From Anthoceros angustus (taxonomy: Eukaryota > Plantae > Anthocerotophyta): a DNA stretch of 64,000 nt. The stretch lies in contig VJWM01000117.1 of assembly GCA_010909165.1 (NCBI GenBank), forward strand, positions 248,001 through 312,000, read 5' to 3'. Below, piece by piece: positions 45,488-57,449 of this stretch (position 1 is its first letter; each line of letters begins with the position of its first letter). Below the pieces are notes generated by a model. It had not been told where the DNA came from, searched no databases, and was given only the letters and a program-made list of their open reading frames with translations. Both the position numbers and the translations under genes were made by a program.

Positions 45488-48400
45488 CTAAATAAGATTC
45501 TCATTATCTTCATATTTATAGATACGATCCATGTACCTTGTCAACTTTGCACAAAGCGTTTGTTGGTGGTCTCCTTGGGAGACATGTTTGGGAAACCAGC
45601 GACAACAATAGGAACGATCGTCGTTTCGAACATCAAATACGTGCCCCAGGGCCGAGTCCAGATATGACACAGCACCTTTTTCCTTCACATGGAAAAGACT
45701 GTGCCTTTGGTGCCCACCTTCACTCTCAGCATGGTTCTTGTCGCCAACCGAAAAGCTATGCACTAAACCTTCTAAGTCTGTCCAACAGCTCTGACCTGGC
45801 TGCTTCCATGCTCCACTTCCTATCCTCCTCGCCTGCATCTCCTGTGCCTGCTCCCACATCTGGGCACTGCTGTATATGCTCGACATCAATACATAAGCTG
45901 CAGCATCTTTCTTATCTAGGTTCACTGCCTCATCAAAAGCATGGAGCCCCACCTCCACGTTGCTCCACTTTCGACAAGCACTCAAGAGAGTATGCCAAAC
46001 TGCAGCATCAGGGAGTACAGGCATGGTCCTGACCACAGCTAGAGCCTCATCCAAATGGCCGGCACGACTCAGGAGATCCACCAGCCATCTGTAGTGCTCA
46101 GATGTGGGACTCATTCCATAGTCTCTGCTCATAGACTCGAAGCACTCTCTCCCCTTTGTCACCAGACCCGCATGACTACATACTATGAGTACGCTAAGGA
46201 ACGTGCTGCCAGCTGGCTGTATGCCAGCCTCTTTCATTCTGTGAAGCTGGTTGAAGAGCTCGTCACTGTCTCCTTGGCGGGCGTAGCCGGAAATCAGTGC
46301 ATTCCAGGCAGCAGGGTCTTGTTTGGGCAATCCCTCAAACACCTGCTGTGCATCAACCATGCTCCCAGACTTTGCGTACATGTTCATCAAATTGATGGCC
46401 ACAACCGAATCAACTTGAAGCCCGTGTTCTTCTATCTGGGAATGGAGCTGCCTTCCAACATGCAAAGCTCCCACGTCTGCACATGCCTGCAGGAGGCACA
46501 CAAAAGTCACAGAATCAGCTGCAACGATGTCTTCTTCTTGCATAAACATGTACAGGTGAAGGGCTTCCTGTCCCATGCCCTGCTGGGTATACCCTGCTAT
46601 CATGGCATTCCATGTGACCACATTTTTTTCGACAAGCTTGTCAAACACGCGACGACCGTCACCCAGGCTGCCACATTTTGCATACATGTTCACCAAACTG
46701 TTGACTAAGAACACGTCATTTTGGAGGCCCTGCTCTTGAATCTGTGAATGAAGTTGCTTCCCTGCCTCCAAAGCCGGGATACCGACACCTGCACATGCCT
46801 GCAGGAGGCACACAAATGTCACTGTATCGGGTGCAGTGATTCCTTCTTGTTCCATGGCATTGTAAAGACAAAGTGCTTCCTGGCCCATCCCCTGCTGGGA
46901 ATAGCCCGCTATTATGGCATTCCACGACACTACATTTTTTTCGCCAAGCCTTTCAAACACAAAACGAGCATCCTGTAAGCTGCCACACTTGGCATACATG
47001 TTCACCAAGTTGTTGGCTACATGCACATCATTCTGAAGCCCTCGTTCTCCTATCTGCACATGGAGTTGCTGCCCAGACTCCAAAGCCGGGGAACCTACAC
47101 TTGCACATGCGTGCAGGAGGCACACAAACGTCACAGAATCAGGTGCAACAATGCCTTCCAGTTGCATGGCACTGTAGAGACGAAGGGCTTCCTGGCCCCT
47201 GCCCTGCTGGGAATATCCTGCTATCAAAGCAGTCCATGTTACTACACTTTTTTGACCAAGCCGGTCAAACACAGCCTGGGCGGCATCCAAACTGCCACAC
47301 TTAGCATACATATTGACTAGGCTGCAACATACAACCTCATCCGCCTGGTTTCCAATCTCTGAATGAAGCTGCCTTCCCATGTCTAAGGCCGGGTTGCCTA
47401 CAGTTGCACAAGCCTGTAGGGCGCACACATATGTCACAGAAGTAGGTGCAACAATGCCTTCTTCCCGCATAGTGGTGTACAGATGGAGTGCCTCGTGTCC
47501 CATGCCCTGCTGTGAATACCCTGCCATCATGGCAATCCATGAAACCTCATCTTTATGATCAAGTCTGTCGAACACGCTTTGTGCAGCTTCCAAGCTGCCA
47601 CACTTGGCATACATGTTTACTAAACTGTTGCCAACCCTCACGTCAGCAAGAAGCCCTCGTTCTTCAATCTTTGCATGAAGGTGCTTCCCATTCTCCAAGG
47701 CGGGCATACCCAGACTTGCACATGCCTGCAGGAGGCACACAATTGTCACAGAATTGAATGCCTCCATGCCTTCTTCTTGCATTGCACTGTACAGACGAAG
47801 TGCTTCTTGACCCTTGCCCTGCTGAGAATAACCTCCTATTAAAGCAGTCCATGTCACCACATCTTTATGAGGAAGCCTGCTGAATAGTCTTTGAGCATCT
47901 TCCAAGCTGCCGCACTTTGCATACATGTTAACCAGGCTGCCACCTACAAGGACATCAGCCTGAAACCCTCCTTGTGTAATCTGTGCATGAAGCTCCTTCC
48001 CCCTATCCAAAGCCGGTGCACCCACACTTGCACATGCCCGCAGAAGACAAACAAATGTCACAGGATTGGATACCGCCATCCCTTCTTGTTCCATAGCACG
48101 GTGAAGAGACAGGGCATCCTCCCCCATGCCCTGCTCAGAATATCCTGCTATCAGAGACGTCCATGTCACTACATTTTTTTGACCAAGTCCATCAAACACA
48201 CCCTGAGCATCCTCCAGGCTACCACACTTCACATACATGTTAACAAGGCTGCAACCGACAACAACATCCACCTTAATTCCTCGTTCGCTCATCTGTGCAT
48301 GAAGCTGCTTTCCCTTCTCCAGAGCCGACACACCCACACTTGCACATGCCTGCAGCAAACACACAAACGTCACAGAATCGGGCAGAGCAATGCCTTCTTC

Positions 48401-49267
48401 TTCCATTGCACTGTAAAGATCTAATGCTTCCCGACCCATGCCCCGCTGCGAATAACCCGAAATCAGCACTGTCCAAGTCACTACATCTTTATGCCCAAGT
48501 CCGTCAAACACTCTTTGCGCATCCTCCAAACTCCCACACTTGGCATACATGTCCACCAACCCGTTACAGACAAACAAATCTGTCCCAACCCCACAGGCCA
48601 AGGCATCAGCATGCACCTGCTGCCCAGCTTCCAGGTCTGCTCCCCTCGCACAAGCCTGAAGGGCTGCCACAAACACATGCCCATCAGGCTTTACCCCTGA
48701 CATACACATCCGACGATATAGCTCTATGGCCAGCTTATCCTGTCCATGCTTAACATGGGCGGATATTATGGCAGACCAGGTAAAGGAATCCGGCTCCGCC
48801 ACAACGCCGAACACTTCCATCGCTTCCTCCAACATAGCATGACTAGCATACATCCGCAGGAAGTGGTTGCACAAGAACGTATCCGACTCATATCCACTTT
48901 TCACTGTGAGAGCATGGAGACGACGGCCAAGAACGAGGTCCTTCCTTCCCACACATTTCCGAAGCACTTTATACAAGATAGATGGGGAAACCCCACACTT
49001 AGTGGCCACCAGAACTCCCAAAGCCTCAACAGCCTCACCGAACTTTCCCTGCTCGCACAATCTGCCCACGGTATCAGCAGTTACTGCAGGATACGAAAGG
49101 GGCGAGCTCTTTGCGAGCCTGCCATCATGAACTCCCCAATTTTTCTGTATATTAGTCGGGTGCAGATTTGCCACCGATGGAGTCCAGCGCACCGGAGCGG
49201 ACGGTTGGTCAAGCCTGAACCCTGATCGTAGCTCCCCTGGGCAAGTTGCGCAGAGAGTGGTGTCCAT
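45488..49267 (-). CDS. Very long intronless PLS-class PPR (29 PPR motifs + E1-E2), truncated after a WW-like PG box
   Basis: 1259 aa ORF of L-S-P triplets, P2-L2-S2, E1, E2, then KQPGQSCWTDLEGLVHSFSVGD; no HxE/CxxC. Confidence 0.95.
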   Translation of the reverse strand: MDTTLCATCPGELRSGFRLDQPSAPVRWTPSVANLHPTNIQKNWGVHDGRLAKSSPLSYPAVTADTVGRLCEQGKFGEAVEALGVLVATKCGVSPSILYKVLRKCVGRKDLVLGRRLHALTVKSGYESDTFLCNHFLRMYASHAMLEEAMEVFGVVAEPDSFTWSAIISAHVKHGQDKLAIELYRRMCMSGVKPDGHVFVAALQACARGADLEAGQQVHADALACGVGTDLFVCNGLVDMYAKCGSLEDAQRVFDGLGHKDVVTWTVLISGYSQRGMGREALDLYSAMEEEGIALPDSVTFVCLLQACASVGVSALEKGKQLHAQMSERGIKVDVVVGCSLVNMYVKCGSLEDAQGVFDGLGQKNVVTWTSLIAGYSEQGMGEDALSLHRAMEQEGMAVSNPVTFVCLLRACASVGAPALDRGKELHAQITQGGFQADVLVGGSLVNMYAKCGSLEDAQRLFSRLPHKDVVTWTALIGGYSQQGKGQEALRLYSAMQEEGMEAFNSVTIVCLLQACASLGMPALENGKHLHAKIEERGLLADVRVGNSLVNMYAKCGSLEAAQSVFDRLDHKDEVSWIAMMAGYSQQGMGHEALHLYTTMREEGIVAPTSVTYVCALQACATVGNPALDMGRQLHSEIGNQADEVVCCSLVNMYAKCGSLDAAQAVFDRLGQKSVVTWTALIAGYSQQGRGQEALRLYSAMQLEGIVAPDSVTFVCLLHACASVGSPALESGQQLHVQIGERGLQNDVHVANNLVNMYAKCGSLQDARFVFERLGEKNVVSWNAIIAGYSQQGMGQEALCLYNAMEQEGITAPDTVTFVCLLQACAGVGIPALEAGKQLHSQIQEQGLQNDVFLVNSLVNMYAKCGSLGDGRRVFDKLVEKNVVTWNAMIAGYTQQGMGQEALHLYMFMQEEDIVAADSVTFVCLLQACADVGALHVGRQLHSQIEEHGLQVDSVVAINLMNMYAKSGSMVDAQQVFEGLPKQDPAAWNALISGYARQGDSDELFNQLHRMKEAGIQPAGSTFLSVLIVCSHAGLVTKGRECFESMSRDYGMSPTSEHYRWLVDLLSRAGHLDEALAVVRTMPVLPDAAVWHTLLSACRKWSNVEVGLHAFDEAVNLDKKDAAAYVLMSSIYSSAQMWEQAQEMQARRIGSGAWKQPGQSCWTDLEGLVHSFSVGDKNHAESEGGHQRHSLFHVKEKGAVSYLDSALGHVFDVRNDDRSYCCRWFPKHVSQGDHQQTLCAKLTRYMDRIYKYEDNENLI

Positions 49268-49430
49268 AGCTTAGGTCCATCGCGACGTCCAACAAGACCT
49301 CATCGTGGTGCAATGATATTTAGTTGGTTAGTTGCAAGATGTTGGATTGTCGATGAGTTCACTGTCACACCCATCGGAAGTTGTTGGAAGTGGCGAGAAG
49401 CTGTGTTAACAGCTGGTGGTTGGCCTGCAG

Positions 49431-52400
49431 TCAGACGGTGATCTTCACGTGAGTGGCCAATGCATCCTTCAGTTTCTGGACTTCATCCACCTCGCTCTCC
49501 AACCTGTCAAACCCGACCTGGTAGCACAAGATAGAGAAGGAAATGGGTCAGAGCTGAAGGGCCAGGAACGAGACTGTGGCACATGAACGTGAAGAGCATA
49601 CCAGTCTCAGCACACCGATAGAGCCGTTGCTCCCGGCAGCGCAGAGAATGGGAGATTCCTCTGAGAAAATCAGGCATGACAGCTTCGAGCGTGTCATGTG
49701 CTTCAAAACAGGCTTCATTGCAGAGACAGTCAGGTCCCATATCTGATCAACACGGGCTACGACTCAGAATAGTGTTTTTTGGAAAAGATGGTTCGGAGGA
49801 TCTAGAGAGACGGACAACACCTCCACCCGCCCATCGTTTGCAACTGTGCCGAATACTGTAGAGCTGATAGCAGACCATTGAACATCTGAGATGCTTTCAT
49901 TGGAAGACTGAAAGACAAGCAATGCGGTCTCCTGCAGTTCGTCTCAGGAAAACAGCTATGTTAGAGGTTGCATCCCAGTAGCGGATATCCGGAAAACATT
50001 TCATATTGGTTCACGTGCCTATGTACCTGCTCTTCTCGCCAGAGGCGAACAGTCCAGTCACTACTACAACTGAGGAAAATATACGGAAGGACGGGAGACC
50101 ATCGCACCTGCACCCATACTGATTAAGTGATCTGTACTCATACACGTGGATTCAAGGGGCAGATTGTTTTTTACAACCAGTACGCAGGGAGAGGTTAACC
50201 TGATAGACGGGACCAGTGTGGCCCACGTACGTCTGGAGGTACTGTTCATTGTAGGAACGGCTGCACTTATGAATCTTCCCTTCTTCTGTGCCAACAAGAT
50301 ACAAGCTGCACATGAGGATATACAGAGCACACACGAGCCAAAAGTCACAGGTCAGAGCACACGTTTCTACGCCACAATTTTACATTCTCTCTTTCAGCAG
50401 GTATCAGTTCTGAAACTGGAACAATGAGCTGTTCCTTGTTTGTACCTCGCATCACGAGGAGAAAAGTCAAAGCACAGCCCTGCAGAGCGACGTGATATAA
50501 ATGGCTGTGGTTGCGCTCCTTTTCCTTGACTCGGAACAAGCTTCAGTTTGATGAGATTCACAAACTCCAGTTCCTGTGTAATCCAAAAATATGGAGGACT
50601 TAGAGCCAAGTAATATCTCTTGGATGTACCTCTCCTACAAAGGGAAAGGGAAGGAGGAAGGAAAGCCAAGTTACCTTCTTAATAGACCACTGGGAAACTC
50701 TTCCGTCAGTTGAGATAGAGACCAGCGTTTCACCATGTTCAGATGAGGAGTCAATCCACTGCAACTTCCAAATTGGGTCACTATGTTTACCAACTTGATG
50801 AGAGCTTTTCACCACTGGTTGTTCTTCTTGTGGGTTTCGCACGTCATATATTGCCAAGTTCCCACTGTAAAAGCCGACTGCAACGTGAAACAAGGAGTCT
50901 GGTTATGCAAATGGTGACCAAATCACAACCTGCAGAATCAATGCATTTGCTTTTGGGCTTGTACTGTGTGAGGATGCCAAACAGGAGGTGAGGTATAACT
51001 CACCAGCAAGAAGACTTGGACTGAGAGAGGCAAAGTCCAACGCTGTGACTCCTGATTTTGTGTGCAATATTGCATGTGGATATCGTGGATTCTTCAAAGA
51101 CCAGAAGCCCACAAGGCCATCCTTTTGTGCTCCAAACTCAAATTGACCATAGCCTACCGCTAGCATATCCTTGCTTACCTGGAACAATTAATCCGGCATG
51201 ATATGTGTAGGGAAGAAAAGACCTATGTATCGATTGAGAAATCTTCTTTTGGGTGACTAAACGCTTTGGGAGAAAAAACCCAGCACATACTTTGTTCCAA
51301 ACCATGCAGCTGACATTCCTGTCATTTGTAGCATCGCTTTCAAAGCTCCACAACGAAAACAATTGTCCAGTGAATATCACACCAGTGGTGGTAGACCCAA
51401 CGCTGGCTCTTTTGGTAACAACAGTCTCAGCTGGTGCTATCAAATTTTGCCCAGTCAGGGAGTGCCGGGCCTCAAATGCAGCTGTGTCCCTTCGTTTAAA
51501 ATCACGATATAACAGCAGCTGATGCATGATAATGAGTCATCAAAAAATGCTGAATTCCATATGTATGCATCTTGACACATGTATCGAAAGTATCGGCATC
51601 TCCAGTTGTGAAATTATTACCCTGTCATGATAGGCATTTTGTACAATTGCTCGCTCTGCGATCTCCAATGCCCTGGCAAGACCGGCAATGTTGTTGAGGT
51701 CGACAACCAAATTCTGGGCTTTCTCTTCATCAGCCGCTTTGAGGGCAGCTCTCTCTTCTTCACTTGGGAATAATTGGTCGTCATTCAAGTCATCCCCAAT
51801 GACCATTTCCAGCATACTCTCTGATGCACTGACTCGTTGAGAAGCCTGCCAGATTAGCGCAGGAAGTGACTACGGTTATTATACGAGACGGAAGTTTGAG
51901 AAAACCCGTCTTCTCTCACCACGGAACTCGGAACTCACCCTCCTTATCGGGTCCAAAGAGTTTGTGATTATGGAACCACTGCTTGCCGCCAGCAATCTTA
52001 GCCTTTCTACCTCCTCAGCTTGCTCATCACAGATGTCCCAGGAGTTTGCCTGTTGGGGCAGCAGAGGAGGAGTGACATCGATTGGACTCATTTCATCCAG
52101 GTTAGCTACTGAAACATTATCAAATTGCAAGTTGAAGCACCTGGACTCCTGACGAGTATGTTCCTAATGTTGAAATCTGAGCCTCTTTACATTTCTGGAA
52201 AGCTAGCATTGTTTGAGAAGCGGAGCTGGAATAATTGTCACTCCCAAGTTTGAACTGCACAAATGGAAGATGAAAGTTGACGGTGGGGTCGGGGGCCCTC
52301 CATCGGATCTTGAACCTTAGACTCTTGTGAAGGGCGAAGCACAAATTGCATGAGCTCTCTTGGAAGCTCTGAGAACAACAAACCTGAAGGAGTTTTTTGT

Positions 52401-53766
52401 ACCGGTTGTTCCTCTCCAACACTTGATTAACCTTCTCATAAGCGTTAGAGATGCTGTTTCCCCTAATGCTTAGCAAGACAGTAGTGTCGCTCTCACTCAG
52501 TGTGACCAGAACATTCTTTTCAAAGTCCTGCACCACGATCTTCCAGGATTTTCTCAGAATTGAAGTTCGAGGCCGTTGAGAGAATGAGAGGCTCGTGAGT
52601 ACCATGGACATACACTTTAGAATTAACCATGACTAGATACTGTGTGCATGAGAGGCAAACCCCTATTGTAAGATGGCGTAAGGATGCTACTATGTTCATC
52701 TGGAACGGACCTTACTTGTTGGTTCTGGCAAACGTATGTTCGTTGACAGAAGCGTGGGACTGACTCTCAGCCTTGAGCCCTTGTCTTTAGCTGCTCCTTT
52801 TTTGCTTGCATCATCATCTCGTTCAGAGGATTCTTCTCCATCTAAAGTCTCAGGAGTAAGACTTGCAACGCTGCTCCTTCTAGAATACCGAGACCCACTG
52901 TTGCAGCCAATGTGGAGAAGGGCACTCAGTCCGCAGGTGCTGTAGTGTCGACACCTTTAGGCTTGAACAACGGGAGCCACGTAAGGCGAGATATCAGAAC
53001 CTGTAGGCAGATGCTGATTTATCACGTTCAAATTCTGCTGGAGACACATGCCCAGGACTCGCTTGCAGCAGCTTCTCATGCAGAACAGTTGGCTTTATCG
53101 ACACCAGAGGTTTTGGTGTTACATCAACGCCATTCTCATCAATCACCTGGTCATTTCCCTGTAGCGTCAGCTCATGCAGACTCACACACAGCTCTAGGGC
53201 TTCAAGAATCGCTACGCTGCCGAGATAGCATTTACATGGGACGAGCCATTCAAACAATTGCTTTCCAGTTCCTAGAGATGCCATCAATCAGGTTGCCTCC
53301 ACCCCAAGCCAAAAGCGCTCACTCTTATATTTTCAGGCTCCACATTTTCCGCAGCCTTCTTCTTTTTGGCACGAGGCCTCATGCCCGACCTGCCGTCGGA
53401 ATTCAAGGATTGCACAAACGAGACTCCATATTAGGATCCGCGCAAACACTAGTGCCTCCTGCACTAGCCATGTGGTCTCAGAAACGGAGGTCTGAGCAAG
53501 AACCTGGAGGAGTATGACATCTGTGAGCTGGCCGATTGCCTCCTCGACCTGTAAGACGATGCTCGGGAGCCAGCAGCAGATGCTGCATCTCCCTTTTGCT
53601 TGGTCTTAGGACCTAACTGGAGCAGGAGGCTCGAGAAAGAGCCTCTAAAGCTTGACCGCACCAGAATGGAGTTCCTGCTTACGCTTCCTCCTGTCCCTTG
53701 AAAGTTTGATACAGAACCTCTGTCTGTCCCTCCGAGCGACATGGTGACAGATTCTTGATCGTCCAT
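49431..53766 (-). CDS. DNAI4: Multi-exon axonemal inner-arm dynein intermediate chain (WDR78/IC138 type)
   Basis: Exon pieces VIDENGVDVTPKPL, AERAIVQNAY, LWSF...NVSCMVWNK, MLAVGYGQFEFG...FWSLKNP, HSDPIWKLQW, SISTDGRVSQW, VGTEEGKIHKCSRSYNEQYLQTYVGHTGPVY; stop at 49431-49433. Individual exon boundaries not all resolved. Confidence 0.88.
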
Positions 53767-54286
53767 TTTGCGGCCTTCTGGCAGCAACCCGTCCACAGGT
53801 TCAGAACGTGATCATCGTCACCTGTGCAACTGACGAATTCCAAGCGACATGCATCCGGGACAATCAGATCAAACAGAAATTCACGCAAAAGCTCGTGCAA
53901 TCCCGCAATTCTTTCCACGCCCAGGCGAGCAGCAGTACAGGACGCAAATCCGGCTGCACAGCGACGACCAGCAGATAGCGAGACAAATTTCGACGGGGAA
54001 CGGGTGAGCCAGTTAGAACCCCTGACGAGAGACTCCTCACGGGTGCAGTAAAAGAGTGTAACGCATGTAAGTGTATGCATTTATAAAGTAGTTTAGGTTG
54101 TACGGTAACAGGCGTTGTATTTATAGGCCTTACAAATTTGGTGTTAGGCTTGACACGTTTGGTGGGACTGAAATGGCAGCAGGCTGCTGGTGAGCTTGTA
54201 TGTAGCTGGATGAGCAAGCTTCAGAAATGGGCAACATTGGACGGAAATTGGTGGAAACAGTGTGAAATTCACATTTTCTCGATGCA

Positions 54287-56951
54287 ATGGCCGAGACCCG
54301 GCACCGACGTTTCATCAACAGGCTGAAGACCTTCAGCCGGTTGATGTCCTGGAAATACGAGGATGCTCCCACAGGAGATGAGCAACAGGAAACTCCTAAA
54401 GATTCCTCTCATGCGGCACATGAGTTTTCAGCTACAAACGGGTGGAAGACATGGAGAAGAATTTTCTTGCTGGTCCTCGGGCTGGTCCTGGTGGGAGGCT
54501 TTATGTCTGGCTTACCCATTTCCAGGAGGCAGGTGCGGTGGTTCTGGCTGGTGGGTTTGAGCTTTCGTGGGCTCATTGCTCTCATTATTCTGACTTCCAT
54601 TGGCTCCCCATCGTACTGCAGAGCCCACCTGGCGCTTATCTTTGCCAGAAAGACGGACTGTCGCTGCATTGTCCCCAGGTGAGCGCCTACAGGGTGGTGG
54701 TCGAATTCAGTGTTGAGGCGGAATGGTTTCTTGCATTGAATTCAGTATTGAGGCGGAAGGGTTTCTTGCATTGCAGGTGACGGATTCCCCATCTCTGTGG
54801 GAGAACCCCATCTCTGCTACTACGTCGTGGAAAGCCTGTGCTGAGATTCGTGAGGACAATTATCTTCGTATGTTTGTGTACTCTCCATCCCCACTTTCTG
54901 TTGGTATGTTGTGTCGCTGTTGTGCCCTGCTTCTTCGGCTTTTCACCACCCGAGTGGGGTTTGCATTGCCAGCTCCTGACTTGGAGGAAGAACCAAATGG
55001 TTATCTGGGAATTCATGCCGAAGGTGGATTGAATCAGCAGCGTGTTGCTGTGAGACTCCTACTCAGTAACATGATCCTGCTCTAACGTAAAACAACGTTG
55101 TGGGTTCTTCGTTTATGCTTTCTGTGTTGGCTTTGGGTAAGGGATGCTTTCTGATATGTTGCCTCGCAGGCAACCTTCTTATCACAGCTTGCCTTGCCCC
55201 AGGTACTACGACTTTCCTTGGCATAACGCTAACTAAGCTCAACCTGTTTGCAGATTTGCAATGCTGTGGCAGTGGCGAGGATCATGAATGTTACCTTAAT
55301 CATCCCACTGATGAAGCAGGACCAGATCTGGAAGGATCAGACGTATGTATGATGGTTTCGCTGTATCTCGTTGCATGAACCCAAGTTGATGATCAAAGCT
55401 GGATTTGCATATCTGAGATTATTGTGACCGTGGGCTGCTGCACATCAGGCGCTTTGAAGATGTGTTTGACGTGGATCATTTCATTGATTATCTGCGAGAG
55501 GATGTGCGGGTAGTCAAGGAAGTACCCGCTCATCTGGCAGACGGTGGTGATCTGTACACCAGCATCAGGTCTGTTCTGCTTATACATGCATGGTAGAGTT
55601 TCATGTTATGTGTGTATTTGTAGTTACGATTCGCTGATGAGCGATTCGATTCCTGGTGTGTGAGCAGGCGTACAGTGAAAAATATCCCCAAGTATGCCTC
55701 TGCAGAGTGGTACTTGGACAATGTGCTACCACGGATTAAGGAGAAGGGAGTTATGGCATTGAAACCATTTGTTGATCGCCTCGGGTATGGCCAACTTCTC
55801 CTTCACGTCTCCTGCACCCACTTCGTGTGAACACAAGGTCGTTGTGAAGCTTACTTCCATGTTGCACCATTCTGCTGAAGCAGATATGACAATGTGCCGT
55901 CAGAGATCAATCGACTGAGGTGCAGGGTGAACTATCATGCCTTGAGGTTTCTGCCACATATTGAAGAAATGGCTGAGGTTCTGGCGTCAAGGATGAGAAA
56001 CCGGACTGGCATGCCACAACCATACATGTGAGTGATTCTCTTCCATCCTGATTTAATCAACTACGGACTGTCATCTATCAATCATCTCATGGGCTGCAAG
56101 AACCCAACATGCAGGGCATTGCATCTGCGTTTTGAGAAAGGCATGGTTGGGCTTTCCTTCTGCGACTTCGTTGGCACCCGTCGGGAGAAGGCCATGATGG
56201 CTGCTTACAGGCAAAGGAATGGCCTCGTCGATTCAAGGTGAGATACTCACAAGGTCCCAAGCGTACGCTGCTTTTGAACTTATCTGCAGACCAGGACTGT
56301 CACAGACTAACCAGTTCCTGCCTGCAGAACGGATCCACATCTGGCAACAAGCATTGCAAAAGCGCAAAGAGGAAGATGCCCACTGGAGCCTGGAGAAGTC
56401 GGTGTGATCCTCATGGCTCTGGGATACCCCAAGGAGACACAGATTTATGTTGCATCAGGCCAAGTCTACGGAGGTGACACCAGGATGGCACCTCTGAGAA
56501 ACATGTATCCGAACCTGGTAAAGATAGCAGTCCTCTCCCATCCTCTTTCATCCTCTCACATTGCCTTCTAACCTCTCTGGCCCCTCGCTACAGGTAAGAA
56601 AAGACGAACTGGCAACAGCAGAAGAGCTGAAACCGTTCAGAGCATGTCACGAGCTTGGCAGCCCTGGACTTCCTCGTCTGCCTGAAAGCCAACGTGTTCA
56701 CAATGACACATGGTGGGAACTTCGCCAAGCTCATCATCAGCTTCCGGAGGTACTTGGGCCACCGCCTGAAATCCATCAAGCCTAACAAGGGCCTCATGGC
56801 GTTCGCTCTGGGAGATCCTCATCTTGGGTGGCCAGCTTTTGTACAAAATGTGGCCAGCATGCACGAGGGCAGATTTGGGTTGCCGGAGCCAACCTTCCCG
56901 ACTTACGACGTGTATGAAAACCCGCTCACTGACTGCATGTGCAGAGCATGA
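54287..56951 (+). CDS. PAGR: GT106/O-fucosyltransferase-like PAGR, copy 1 (several frameshifts as assembled)
   Basis: NGYLGIHAEGGLNQQR, RTVKNIPKYA, ALHLRFEKGMVGLSFCDF, GRCPLEPGEV, ENPLTDCMCRA*. Confidence 0.8.
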
Positions 56952-57078
56952 GATAGGATATAGTGTGGCTTGTCACTTTCATCCCACTTCCATTGATCAT
57001 TGCTCCAGAATCCATCCATTATTAAGTATGTACAAAGAAGAGATCATCGCGATGGGAGGTAGCCCAGCAGACTGGATC

Positions 57079-57372
57079 TCAGAGCTTGGAAACAGGAGCT
57101 TTGGGTGTGGAGGAGGAGCGTCCAGCGATGAACTTCTGCATCGCAGCGAACTCCTGTGGCCGCATCTGGGAGTAGTACGCATGGCCGCGTTCCTGCATGT
57201 CATAAAGACGGTGAGTCCAGCAGCCTGAGGTGGAGTGGAAGATGCATGAGCGATATGGGATAAATGGAGGGATCGGAAAGGGAGTACCTTCTCTAGGCGG
57301 AGACCGTCCCCAAGAGGGAGCTTGAGGCCGTCGTTTACCACGGCCTTGTAATCACGCACCAGCTGTAGCTGG
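57079..57372 (-). pseudogene. Duplicated 3' fragment of the enoyl-CoA hydratase gene
   Basis: QLVRDYKAVVNDGLKLPLGDGLRLEK|ERGHAYY...SKL*, matching 60250-60544 and cut at the duplication junction. Confidence 0.9.
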
Positions 57373-57449
57373 TTGAGCAAGCTTCAGAAATGGGCAACAT
57401 TGGACGGAAATTGGTGGAAACAGTGTGAAATTCACATTTTCTCGATGCA

